In this document: one piece after another, positions 28,971 to 38,271 of the stretch
Layout of the letters: every line of letters starts with the position of its first letter
Position numbering within the stretch: the first letter of the stretch is position 1
Origin: an uncultured Alphaproteobacteria bacterium
Lineage (GTDB): Bacteria; Pseudomonadota; Alphaproteobacteria; HIMB59
Assembly: GCA_902530745.1 (NCBI GenBank)
Contig: CACABO010000003.1
Location: 53,397-117,396 of the forward strand
Length of the DNA stretch: 64,000 nucleotides
Direction of reading: 5' to 3'
Translations under genes and position numbers: made by a program
The notes under the pieces: model-generated
What the model saw: only the letters and a program-made list of their open reading frames with translations
What the model was told of the DNA's origin: nothing
Databases searched by the model: none

Positions 28971-30502
28971 AAATTTTAATACTTTTTGTTTCTTTTTTTT
29001 TCACAAGCACACTCAATCTTATTGCCTCAGACTCTGACGAGTGTTTAGGATTTATTGAAAAAGAATATAATTTTACTCAAGATAGATTAGATTATGAAAC
29101 ATGGAGTTTTGAAATTCAGCATGCCGAAAATGAAGATTGTATTCAATGTCCTCCTTTAATATATGTTGATAATTTTTCGTCAGACGCTGGTGTAAATGGT
29201 TTACATAATACACAATTAATTGAAATTAATGGTGAACACTATTTATCTTACAAAAATGATGAAGATTTTATAAGTGCGGCAAATAAAATTATTGAGAAAA
29301 GTGAAAATCTCAACATTAAAGCATTGTATGATGAAGATGATATTTGGGATTTAGAGGGTCTCGAGGAGACTGATATTAGTGATGATAATAATGAATTTGA
29401 ATTTAAAATTTTCGATATCGCTATAGATAAAAAATTTAAAAGTCTGATCCCTGTAAAGTTTGAAATTGAAGTTGTAGACATACAAGTAGAAGACAAAAGT
29501 TCAAATGTAAGAACTTTACTTGATATTAAATACTATTACGATTTAGAAGAATTCTCTAAATATTCTTTAGATAATTTTGATTTTGAAATTTGCACATTTG
29601 ATGAACAATATATAGATCAAATATCAAACAAAATTTTTATACCAAAGTTATTTGATGTTTATTCAGGAACAAATATAAAAAATTTTATAGATATAAATAA
29701 GAAAAGAAAAATAAATGAAATTTCTTTATTCAAATCAAAATCTATTGTTGAAATATATGTAAATGAGACGTTATTAATAGATAGTAAACCTATAAATGAG
29801 TTTTCAAAATTCCCTTACGACACTTTAACAACAAATATTAGTTTATCACCTCAAAATTTTATTTCTTCAGACTATAAATTTGAAGATTGGGAAAGAGTAG
29901 AAAAAAATGCATTACAGTACATATTTTTAGATGAATGGAAATTAAATAATATTTTATTTACAGAGAATGCATTAGATAGAGACTTTATGATAGATATAGT
30001 TACCAATAACAATGAACTTAGTGAACAGTTAAAAAGTTTAACTACCAAGACAATGAATGCTTTTGGTGTAATTGAATATATTGATATTGATTTTGATTTA
30101 AAAAGAAAACATCAATTTTATACATTAAAAGTTATTGTACCTGTTTTTTTTATAGTATTGATTTCTTTTACTACATTTTGGATTAGAAATAATCAAATTG
30201 AAGCAAAACTTAATCTTGCAATTGTAAGTTTACTTGCACTAATTGCTTATAATTTTATTGTTAATAACGACATTCCCAAGATTGCTGAAATAACTGTGCT
30301 TGATAGCTTTATTCTCATCTCTTATTTATTTACAGGTTTTTGTACTTTCATTTCAGTTTATTCATACTACGATTATAGAAGGGATAAATTAACTGGTGAT
30401 TTTAATCCTATTGATGTCAAACTTAGATACTTAGCCCCTTTAGCATATATTTTATCAATCTTATTTTTTGGATTTTTAATTTATAATAGTATTTTTTTTT
30501 AG
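28967..30502 (+). CDS. Prokaryotic pentameric ligand-gated ion channel (GLIC/ELIC-like) with an extra N-terminal domain
   Basis: Signal peptide, Pro-loop FSKFPYD, EW, pre-M1 Arg. M1 KVIVP..FW, M2 EAKLNLAIVSLLALIAYNF, M2-M3 loop IPK...TVLD, M4 RYLAP. Confidence 0.85.
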   Translation: MKILILFVSFFFTSTLNLIASDSDECLGFIEKEYNFTQDRLDYETWSFEIQHAENEDCIQCPPLIYVDNFSSDAGVNGLHNTQLIEINGEHYLSYKNDEDFISAANKIIEKSENLNIKALYDEDDIWDLEGLEETDISDDNNEFEFKIFDIAIDKKFKSLIPVKFEIEVVDIQVEDKSSNVRTLLDIKYYYDLEEFSKYSLDNFDFEICTFDEQYIDQISNKIFIPKLFDVYSGTNIKNFIDINKKRKINEISLFKSKSIVEIYVNETLLIDSKPINEFSKFPYDTLTTNISLSPQNFISSDYKFEDWERVEKNALQYIFLDEWKLNNILFTENALDRDFMIDIVTNNNELSEQLKSLTTKTMNAFGVIEYIDIDFDLKRKHQFYTLKVIVPVFFIVLISFTTFWIRNNQIEAKLNLAIVSLLALIAYNFIVNNDIPKIAEITVLDSFILISYLFTGFCTFISVYSYYDYRRDKLTGDFNPIDVKLRYLAPLAYILSILFFGFLIYNSIFF

Positions 30503-30516
30503 ATTTAAGTTTCTAA

Positions 30517-30804
30517 TTAATCCAATTTTAAAACTGTTTCACCCTCATTAGGAAGAGGATTTTTTTGGATTTGTAGCTCCTCTAAATAATCCTCTTTTTG
30601 ATTGTACAAAGCATCTAAATCCATTGCTAGATCACTAATATTCTTATCCAGTATATCTTGTTTTTGTTTGTAGATTTTTTCCTCGAACTTGTAGACTAAG
30701 TAATTTTGAATATTAAAATTTCCATATATCAAATGATAGGCTAAATAAAAAACTATGAAGATAAAAAAAATATTTACTAAAATACTTGCTTTTAAAAATT
30801 TCAT
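30517..30804 (-). CDS. FtsB/DivIC (septum formation initiator)-like protein
   Basis: One TM helix ending YHLIYG, a coiled coil, DYLEE and a GETVL tail. Confidence 0.55.
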   Translation of the reverse strand: MKFLKASILVNIFFIFIVFYLAYHLIYGNFNIQNYLVYKFEEKIYKQKQDILDKNISDLAMDLDALYNQKEDYLEELQIQKNPLPNEGETVLKLD

Positions 30805-30861
30805 TTGAACAATTGGAATAAGATGGTTTTCATAGTTTAATTCTAAAGATATAATTAAAAG

Positions 30862-31170
30862 ATGGAAGACCCTTCAAGAAGTAAATACGAATTTATCAAT
30901 CGTAATGCCGAGAAATTTGGTTCATGGGCTGGGTGGATATTAGGTATTTATATATGTAATATTTTTTTCCTCAAAATTGACATTTCAAATTTTAAAGGAT
31001 TAATTTTTATTTTGCTTATTTTTGCAACTATTGTTTGGATAGGTGCCTTCAGAGGTGAGCTAAAAATTAGAAAAATGTATCCAGGTGAAAAAAACCTATT
31101 TTTTCTTTTGAATCCCTTATTTTGCTCCGTTGCGTGTATTTATTGTATTATTGATTTAATCAATATTTAA
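30862..31170 (+). CDS. Hypothetical three-TM membrane protein
   Basis: 102-aa ORF with three hydrophobic segments. TATAAT lies 6 nt before the ATG. Confidence 0.55.
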   Translation: MEDPSRSKYEFINRNAEKFGSWAGWILGIYICNIFFLKIDISNFKGLIFILLIFATIVWIGAFRGELKIRKMYPGEKNLFFLLNPLFCSVACIYCIIDLINI

Positions 31171-31461
31171 TCTCAATTTTTTAAGTCTATACAATCTAAA
31201 AGAGATGAAGGTACAAATGAGAGCTAAATATGTTGAGAATAAAGTTAAGTTAAAACCAGAGTTAAACTCTAAACTCAAATTAATTTAGCTCATAATTTCT
31301 TTTAATTATATTGCTGTATATTGTTCCTGGATACTCTTTCTTTAATTTTAAAATTCTTTCCTTTGTAAAACCAGACTCACCCATTGTATTAATGGCTTGT
31401 GTATATTTATCCATCCTATACTACTTATTTATTGCTTTATTTTTTTCTTAACCTACAAACA

Positions 31462-31689
31462 TCAAAGGTCGTCAACTCCATCAATAGCAGAAACCACCAT
31501 TAACGACTCAATATAGCGCTTTTTGCTACAATCGTAGCAAATCGTAATCATTTCATCGTTTATTTTATTGATATATTTCTTTGAGACCTCTTTGAATTCA
31601 CCACATTCAGTACACTTATTATAAGGAATTTCATTATTTTCAAATAACTCCTCTTTACCATTCCACCAACCCATAACTATTACTATCAT
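31462..31689 (-). CDS. Small CxxC...CxxC putative zinc-finger protein
   Basis: CTEC and CYDC in 75 aa. Confidence 0.5.
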   Translation of the reverse strand: MIVIVMGWWNGKEELFENNEIPYNKCTECGEFKEVSKKYINKINDEMITICYDCSKKRYIESLMVVSAIDGVDDL

Positions 31690-31837
31690 AAATAAAATAT
31701 ACTTTGGAAATACATGCTCTAAAAAGTATTAAAGTTGTTTATAACTTGATTTCAATTGGATTATTAAGTTATTGCATATTGTAAGTTGAAATAATACATT
31801 TTAAGTTCACTTGAAAGATCGCTCAAAGGAGGATGAA

Positions 31838-32917
31838 GTGGCAGATATAAAAATTGATAACATAAATAAGTTTTATGGTGACGTCCAAGTTATCGAAGAT
31901 GTTTCTTTAGAGATTAAAAGTCAATCCTTTACAGTATTAGTAGGTCCCTCTGGTTGTGGAAAATCTACAATGCTGAGAATGATTGCAGGTTTAGAAGATA
32001 TAAACTCAGGTACAATTTCAATTGATGGTACAGTAGTAAATGACTTACCGCCAAAAGAAAGAAATATCGCAATGGTATTTCAATCTTATGCCTTGTACCC
32101 TCACATGACTGTATTTGATAACATGGCATTTGGATTAAAATTAGAGAAGAGATCTAAAGAAGAAATAGATGAACGTGTTCAAGAAGCTGCAAAAATATTG
32201 CAAATTGAAGAGTACTTATCTCGTAAACCGAAGCAATTATCTGGTGGTCAAAGACAAAGGGTTGCTATAGGAAGAGCTATTACAAGAAAGCCTCAAGTAT
32301 TTTTATTTGATGAGCCATTATCAAACCTGGATGCTGCTCTTAGAGTTCAAATGCGTGTTGAGTTAGCTAAGCTACATGACAGGCTAAATGCGACTATGAT
32401 ATATGTAACGCATGATCAAACTGAAGCAATGACGATGGCTGATGACATTGTTGTTCTTAATAATGGTGTTATTTCACAAAAGGGATCACCATTAGAGCTT
32501 TACAATGATCCGGATAATTTGTTTGTAGGAGGCTTCATTGGATCTCCTAAGATGAATTTTATTTCTTCAAAAATACTCAGTGCAAGTAATAGCAATACAG
32601 AACTTGACTTGTTAGGTTCATCCAAAATAAATGTACCAAAAAGTTTATCTAGCGCAACAGAGGGTGACTCAGTTATGTTAGGAATTCGACCTGAACATCT
32701 AACAGTCAATGAAGATAGTGATGGCAGTTGGGAGAGTAAGGTGTTTGTTGTAGAAAAACTTGGATCTGGAACTTTTCTTTACCTTGAAAAAGAAGGAGAA
32801 CCTTTAGTTGTTCAAACAGAGGGAGACTCCAACATTAAAGTTGGGGATACTGTCAAAGTTGGCTTTTCTTCATCTCGTTGCCATATCTTTAATAGCTCTG
32901 GACAAGCTTTTAAATAA
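31838..32917 (+). CDS. Carbohydrate ABC transporter ATPase (MalK/MsiK family)
   Basis: GTG 31838 after [44 protein letters not shown]-terminal TOBE domain. Confidence 0.95.
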   Translation: MADIKIDNINKFYGDVQVIEDVSLEIKSQSFTVLVGPSGCGKSTMLRMIAGLEDINSGTISIDGTVVNDLPPKERNIAMVFQSYALYPHMTVFDNMAFGLKLEKRSKEEIDERVQEAAKILQIEEYLSRKPKQLSGGQRQRVAIGRAITRKPQVFLFDEPLSNLDAALRVQMRVELAKLHDRLNATMIYVTHDQTEAMTMADDIVVLNNGVISQKGSPLELYNDPDNLFVGGFIGSPKMNFISSKILSASNSNTELDLLGSSKINVPKSLSSATEGDSVMLGIRPEHLTVNEDSDGSWESKVFVVEKLGSGTFLYLEKEGEPLVVQTEGDSNIKVGDTVKVGFSSSRCHIFNSSGQAFK

Positions 32918-32950
32918 TTTAAATGTATTACTAATTGATTAAGGGGATTG

Positions 32951-33715
32951 ATGTTTTTAGACAAATTTAAATTGGAGGATAGAATTGCTCTCATCACTGG
33001 AGGTACAAGAGGTATAGGTCTTTCGATCGCTCATGCACTTGGTGAGGCTGGCGCTAAATTAGTTTTAGTCAATAGAACAGACCCAGTTGGAGGAGTCCAA
33101 GAACTAAAAGATGCTGGATACAATGTTAATTTTTTTGAGGGAGATTTGCTTGACCGTTCAGTTCCCCAGAAAACAATTGACTTTACATTAGAAAAGCATG
33201 GAAGAGTAGATATTCTTGTAAACAATGCTGGTGTTGCTCAGCACGGGGACACTGAAAAATTTAATGATGATTTATTGGATAAAATTATGGATCTGAACGT
33301 GGATGCCGTTTTTCGAATGTGTCGCTCTGCTATCCCCCATATGAAAAAACAAGGTGAAGGTGTTATTTTAAATATTGGATCTATTTCTGGTTTGGTATCT
33401 AATATCCCCCAACCCCAAACTGCTTACAACGCCTCAAAGGCCGCAGTACATATGATGACAAAAAGCTTAGCTAGTGATTATGCTGATCAAAATATTCGCG
33501 TAAACGCAATAGCTCCAGGTTATATAAGAACAGAAATGACTAACTTACCTAAGGAAAATGAACATTGGTACCCAACTTGGAATGAGCTGACGCCGATGAA
33601 CAGGATGGCAGAAACACATGAGGTTGCTTCCGCTGCACTTTTTTTATGTAGCCCTGCATCAAGTTACGTCACTGGCGAAGTATTAGTAGTCGATGGTGGA
33701 TACACTATTAGATAA
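32951..33715 (+). CDS. Polyol/ketose SDR oxidoreductase, copy A (NADP-type fingerprint)
   Basis: TGGTRGIG, NNAG, PQPQTAYNASK, NAIAPGY. Beta2 ends in VNR. Confidence 0.9.
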   Translation: MFLDKFKLEDRIALITGGTRGIGLSIAHALGEAGAKLVLVNRTDPVGGVQELKDAGYNVNFFEGDLLDRSVPQKTIDFTLEKHGRVDILVNNAGVAQHGDTEKFNDDLLDKIMDLNVDAVFRMCRSAIPHMKKQGEGVILNIGSISGLVSNIPQPQTAYNASKAAVHMMTKSLASDYADQNIRVNAIAPGYIRTEMTNLPKENEHWYPTWNELTPMNRMAETHEVASAALFLCSPASSYVTGEVLVVDGGYTIR

Positions 33716-33766
33716 AAGACACTAACACATATATCGCTAATTCTATCCATTTAATATATTCAACGG

Positions 33767-33798
33767 TGAAATATATTTCTAATCTGAAATTTATTTCA
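33767..33798. promoter_or_regulatory. Tandem palindromic operator pair upstream of SorC regulator A
   Basis: TGAAATATATTTCT (33767) and TGAAATTTATTTCA (33785), 18 bp apart. Confidence 0.65.
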
Positions 33799-33833
33799 TT
33801 GAATTAATAAAATATATGTGTTTGATTACCTAA

Positions 33834-34778
33834 ATGAAAAGTGATGATACAAAAGTACTTGATGAGGCGCTTATTTCTAAAAAATGCGCATGGCTTTATT
33901 ATGTAGGAAAACTAAATCAAAATCAGATAGCAAAGAAAGTAGGTCTTAGCAAGATGCGAGTGCATAGGTTAATTGCTTTTGCAGAAAAAAAAGGCTTCGT
34001 AAAGACTTTTGTTGAGGGCGGCTTTGATGAGACTTCAAAATATGAAAATATTTTAAGAGAAAAATATCACTTAAAAATTAGTGAAGTTATTCCAATTGAA
34101 GATGCAAATAAAGATCCAAATGAAATGATAGGTGCTGCTGGTGCTAGATTTATAATGAATCAAATTAATGAAAAAAAAATAAATGAATTTGGAATAGGAA
34201 CAGGCAATACTCTAAACAAAATAGCTAAATGGCTGCCTAAGATAAATAAAAGAATTGATTTCATAACAGTTAATGGATCTCTAACTTCTCACAATTCAAT
34301 ACAAACTGAAACAGGTATTAATCAAATAGCTCATAAAACCAATGGTGAATGTTATAATGTTGGTATTCCATTGATGGTTGAGTCGATTGATCAAAAAAAA
34401 ATTTTAGAAAAAATAAAATTTATAAAAGAAATAATGAATAGAGCAAATAATACTAAAATAAAAATAGTAGGTGTGGGTGGATTGTTTGACACCTCGCAGA
34501 TAGTTAAGTCTAAAATTTTTAGCAAAGAATCGATAGAAAAGATCAAGAAGGCTGGAGCCGTTGGAGAGGTTGCAGGTAATTTTTTCGACAAAAATGGGAA
34601 ATATATCTCTATTAAAGAGACGCAGAAAATAACTAGTGCAGATATTGAGTCTTTCAAGAAATCAACAACTGTATTAGTTGCTGGCGGCAAGCAAAAAATC
34701 TCACAAATAAAATCAGTCTTAAAAAGTGGCTTATTTACTGGATTAATTACAGATGAAGAAACAGCAAAACAACTCTGA
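33834..34778 (+). CDS. SorC/DeoR-family sugar-binding transcriptional regulator A
   Basis: AWLYY...QNQIA..VGLS..RVHRLI HTH; GAVGEVAGNFFD, VAGG..K, LITDEETA. Confidence 0.9.
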   Translation: MKSDDTKVLDEALISKKCAWLYYVGKLNQNQIAKKVGLSKMRVHRLIAFAEKKGFVKTFVEGGFDETSKYENILREKYHLKISEVIPIEDANKDPNEMIGAAGARFIMNQINEKKINEFGIGTGNTLNKIAKWLPKINKRIDFITVNGSLTSHNSIQTETGINQIAHKTNGECYNVGIPLMVESIDQKKILEKIKFIKEIMNRANNTKIKIVGVGGLFDTSQIVKSKIFSKESIEKIKKAGAVGEVAGNFFDKNGKYISIKETQKITSADIESFKKSTTVLVAGGKQKISQIKSVLKSGLFTGLITDEETAKQL

Positions 34779-34824
34779 AATAAAATAAAATACAAGTTTC
34801 CTTTTATTCAATATTTATCTAAAA

Positions 34825-34860
34825 TGAAATATGTTTAACTCTTTGAAATTTATTTCAAAG
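34825..34860. promoter_or_regulatory. Tandem palindromic operator pair upstream of binding protein A
   Basis: TGAAATATGTTTAA (34825) and TGAAATTTATTTCA (34844, within CTTTGAAAT-TT-ATTTCAAAG), 19 bp apart. Confidence 0.7.
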
Positions 34861-34888
34861 TTAAGCATTTCTTTATAGGAGGAAAATA

Positions 34889-36313
34889 ATGAAAAAACTA
34901 CTATTTGCCTTGGTGGCATCCATCTTCTCCTTTTCAGCAATGGCTGGCGGCCATGCTGATTGGTTTAAGGAAGCCGGTGCTCCATACAAAGGGACAGTTC
35001 TACAGGGTGTAGCTGAAAATACACCTCCAGGACAGTTTGCAGGTGAAGTTTTAGCAAAGGAATTTGAAAAGCTCACTGGCATCAAAGTACAATTAGAGAA
35101 TACATCATGGGATCAGATGTATGATAAAGCGATTAAAGATATGGAAGCTAACTCAGGTATCTACGACTTTGTTTATATCGAGCAGGACATTGTATATGAC
35201 TACCTAAACAGAGACTTCTTGGTTAACATAACAGAAGGTCTAGCTAGTAATCCAAGTCTTCAAGCACCCGGTGTCAGTCTAGATGACTTCACAACATTCA
35301 TCGATTATTTCAAAGATGATACTGGTGATGTTTTTGGTGTACCAATGGAAGCATTCATTAAGGTGTACTTATACAGAAAAGATCTTTTTGAAAGAGCCGA
35401 TGCAAAAGCAGCATTTAGAGCTCAGTACGGATATGGTCTTTCTCCAGCAACTTCTTTTGATCAGTACAGAGACAATGCTGAGTTCTTTACTCACTTCTGT
35501 GCAGAGCAAGGAATGGAATGTTGGGGAACAACTGTTCAAGGACACACTGGTCACCCAGCATCAACTTATGAGTTCCTAGAGTCAATTGCACCTTCTTTTG
35601 GTCTTTATAACTGGGGTGTAAATATGGATACATATCAATCATGTGTTGAAAATGGTGGACAGTTAAACGGTGGTAGAGCAAAAGCTGCTCTTAACTTCTG
35701 GACACAATTATTACCATTTGCTCCACCTGAAGCTCTTCAAAGTACTTGGAGTGAAGTTGGATCATCTTTTGCTGCAGGAAGAGCTGCGCAAGGATGGGTA
35801 TATGGTGAAAATGCTGCATGGATTGCTACAGATGCTGAAAAATCTGCAGTTGTCGGTAACGTCGGTGTAATGCTACCTCCTACAGCGCCTGGTGTTATGA
35901 CACAAGCTGCAGCTGGTAATGGTTACATTGGTTACTATGATGGAGGTGCTTATGGTATTCCTCACTCATCTAAGAACAAAGAGGCAACTATGCTTTGGTT
36001 GCAATTTGTTGCAATGAACGAGCACCAAGCTGATTGGGCAATCGCAGGCGGACGTATTACACACAAAGATACATATGCTGACCCTAAAGTTATGGCTGTT
36101 GACGAGCAAGCAGACGGTTACTTTACTCTTATGAGAGATACTGGCTTTTTATACGCTGGTGCTCCTCCGTTCCCATTCCATGGTGCGGGAAGAGGTGCTA
36201 TTGACCCATTCATTTACAGTGCTTTAGCAGGTGAAATGACTCCTGAAGAAGCTCTTGATGGTGCGTGTCAAGCATTAGACACAGTAATGGCTGACCTCGG
36301 TTACCAAAACTAA
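34889..36313 (+). CDS. Carbohydrate/polyol ABC transporter substrate-binding protein A
   Basis: AGGAGG RBS, signal peptide, FEKLTGIKV, YRKDLF. Followed by two permease genes. Confidence 0.9.
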   Translation: MKKLLFALVASIFSFSAMAGGHADWFKEAGAPYKGTVLQGVAENTPPGQFAGEVLAKEFEKLTGIKVQLENTSWDQMYDKAIKDMEANSGIYDFVYIEQDIVYDYLNRDFLVNITEGLASNPSLQAPGVSLDDFTTFIDYFKDDTGDVFGVPMEAFIKVYLYRKDLFERADAKAAFRAQYGYGLSPATSFDQYRDNAEFFTHFCAEQGMECWGTTVQGHTGHPASTYEFLESIAPSFGLYNWGVNMDTYQSCVENGGQLNGGRAKAALNFWTQLLPFAPPEALQSTWSEVGSSFAAGRAAQGWVYGENAAWIATDAEKSAVVGNVGVMLPPTAPGVMTQAAAGNGYIGYYDGGAYGIPHSSKNKEATMLWLQFVAMNEHQADWAIAGGRITHKDTYADPKVMAVDEQADGYFTLMRDTGFLYAGAPPFPFHGAGRGAIDPFIYSALAGEMTPEEALDGACQALDTVMADLGYQN

Positions 36314-36324
36314 TAATACTTCAA

Positions 36325-36349
36325 AACGGGAGGTGTAACACCTCCCGTT
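36325..36349 (+). terminator. Intercistronic stem-loop after binding protein A
   Basis: AACGGGAGGTG-TAA-CACCTCCCGTT, perfect 11-bp stem. Confidence 0.7.
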
Positions 36350-36358
36350 CCACTCATA

Positions 36359-37240
36359 ATGCTGTCTAAAAATAAAACTGGCTGGCTACTTTTATCTCCA
36401 ACAATATTAATCTTAGTTTTAGCAGGCTTGGTTCCTTTCTTTTACGTTTTGTATGTTGGTTTTTTTCAATGGAACCCTCTCGCAGTTGACCCCTCTCTTC
36501 AATTCGATGGATTTGCTTCAAATTATAGACGACTTATTTTTGATGAAATCTTTTTAGAGTCTATATGGCGTTCAATTAAATTTTCAGTTGTAACATTATC
36601 AATAGAACTAACTCTTGGTTTTTTACTTGCACTCTCTTTATTGAGCTCATTTCCTTTAAAATCGTTTTTTAGAAGTGTGCATACCCTTCCCTTAGTTATT
36701 GCTCCTATTGTAGTGGGATCAATTTTTAAATTATTTACAGTACAAGGATTAGGGCCACTGCCCCATATTTTAAAAGATTATTTTGGTTATACCCTAAATT
36801 ATGGATTAAATGCTGAACAAGCTTTTTGGATGATTGTAATAATGGATGTGTGGCATTGGACGCCATTTGTAACTTTGACATTACTCGCAGGATTAAGTGC
36901 ACTTCCTCAAGATCCCTATGAGTCTGCTAAAATAGATGGTGCAAATAATTTTCAAATTTTTACTTACATAACTATTCCTATGATGGTTCCTGTTTTAATT
37001 GTTGTTATTTTTATAAGATTAATGGACTCCTTAAAAATTGTTGATGAGGTTTGGATGTTAACAGGTGGAGGCCCAGGATATGCTACACGATTCACTGGAA
37101 TTCATATTTGGAAAGAAGTATTTGAAAAAAGATATTATGGACTAGGCTCGGCAATGTCGATTTTATATTTATATATCACAATTGTTATTTGTTGGGTCTT
37201 ATATAGCGTCATGGTTGCAAGAGGGAAAAATGAAGACTAA
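36359..37240 (+). CDS. Carbohydrate ABC permease (MalF-like)
   Basis: DVWHWTPF and EAA loop [10 protein letters not shown]. Confidence 0.92.
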   Translation: MLSKNKTGWLLLSPTILILVLAGLVPFFYVLYVGFFQWNPLAVDPSLQFDGFASNYRRLIFDEIFLESIWRSIKFSVVTLSIELTLGFLLALSLLSSFPLKSFFRSVHTLPLVIAPIVVGSIFKLFTVQGLGPLPHILKDYFGYTLNYGLNAEQAFWMIVIMDVWHWTPFVTLTLLAGLSALPQDPYESAKIDGANNFQIFTYITIPMMVPVLIVVIFIRLMDSLKIVDEVWMLTGGGPGYATRFTGIHIWKEVFEKRYYGLGSAMSILYLYITIVICWVLYSVMVARGKNED

Positions 37241-38084
37241 AAAAACTTTTGCTAAAATAGGAACTACTTTTTTATGGGGTTTACTTACAATTATCACGTT
37301 ATTTCCTATTTACTGGATGATTTTAGTCTCAACAAGAACTCCAGTTGAATTATTTGGCAAACCAGATTTAAGTCCAACATTTTTTGAGAAAGTTCACTGG
37401 AAAAATTTTACAAAACCATTTATTGATGGAATTTATTCTGATTATCTTTTCAATTCAATTATCGTTGCAACCTCAAATGCAGCTTTAGTGACAGTGCTAG
37501 CATTAATGGCTACTTATGCCCTCTCTAGATTTAAGTTGCCTGGATCAGAAAGTATATTTTTTTGGACTATGACCAACAGAATGGCACCTCCTGCAGCTTT
37601 TTTATTGCCACTATTTTTACTGTTTTCGACTGTGTTTAAATTTGGCGACTTTACTTTATTTGACACAAAAATTGGACTAATTTTATTGTACTGTGTTTTT
37701 AATTTGCCCTTTGCTATATGGCTTTTAAAAGGAATAATTGATGGCATACCAAGAGAGTTAGATGAAGCAATGATTGTTGATGGTGCTAATCTATTTACTA
37801 TATTTAGAAAGCTAATAATACCATTAGCAGCTCCAGGCATAGCTGTAACATCTTTACTTAGTTTTCTATTTGCTTGGAATGAATATTTATTAGCATCAAC
37901 TCTAACAAGTGTTTATGCGAGAACTATTCCTACCGGATTATCAGAATTTGTTACTACCACTGGAACAAACTGGGGAACTATGGCTGCAGTAGCTTTGGTG
38001 TCGATGTTACCCGCATTATTATTTTTATTTGCAGTTCAAAAACATATAGTAGCAGGATTAACATTTGGAGCAGTGAAGGGTTAA
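37230..38084 (+). CDS. Carbohydrate ABC permease (MalG-like)
   Basis: ATG 37230; [31 protein letters not shown]. Confidence 0.92.
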   Translation: MKTKKTFAKIGTTFLWGLLTIITLFPIYWMILVSTRTPVELFGKPDLSPTFFEKVHWKNFTKPFIDGIYSDYLFNSIIVATSNAALVTVLALMATYALSRFKLPGSESIFFWTMTNRMAPPAAFLLPLFLLFSTVFKFGDFTLFDTKIGLILLYCVFNLPFAIWLLKGIIDGIPRELDEAMIVDGANLFTIFRKLIIPLAAPGIAVTSLLSFLFAWNEYLLASTLTSVYARTIPTGLSEFVTTTGTNWGTMAAVALVSMLPALLFLFAVQKHIVAGLTFGAVKG

Positions 38085-38085
38085 T

Positions 38086-38265
38086 ATGAAAAAAAGAGGT
38101 TTTATTCCCATAAATACAAATTGGTTTGATAGGTTGTTTATTGGGGTAATAAGTTACGTTGCATTACAGTTATTTTGGATGAGATTTCTGGAAAGCTTCG
38201 TGTCATTAAATTTTGCAATAGGAATAGGTATATTGTGGATAATTTTTGTTATTTGGAAAGGATAA
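38086..38265 (+). CDS. Small membrane protein, DUF2160/GlpU-like transporter accessory (59 aa)
   Basis: MKKRGFIPINTNWFDRLFIG...IWKG, two TM helices. Fills the gap between permease and dehydrogenase; absent from the ORF track. Confidence 0.75.
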   Translation: MKKRGFIPINTNWFDRLFIGVISYVALQLFWMRFLESFVSLNFAIGIGILWIIFVIWKG

Positions 38266-38271
38266 AGTAAT

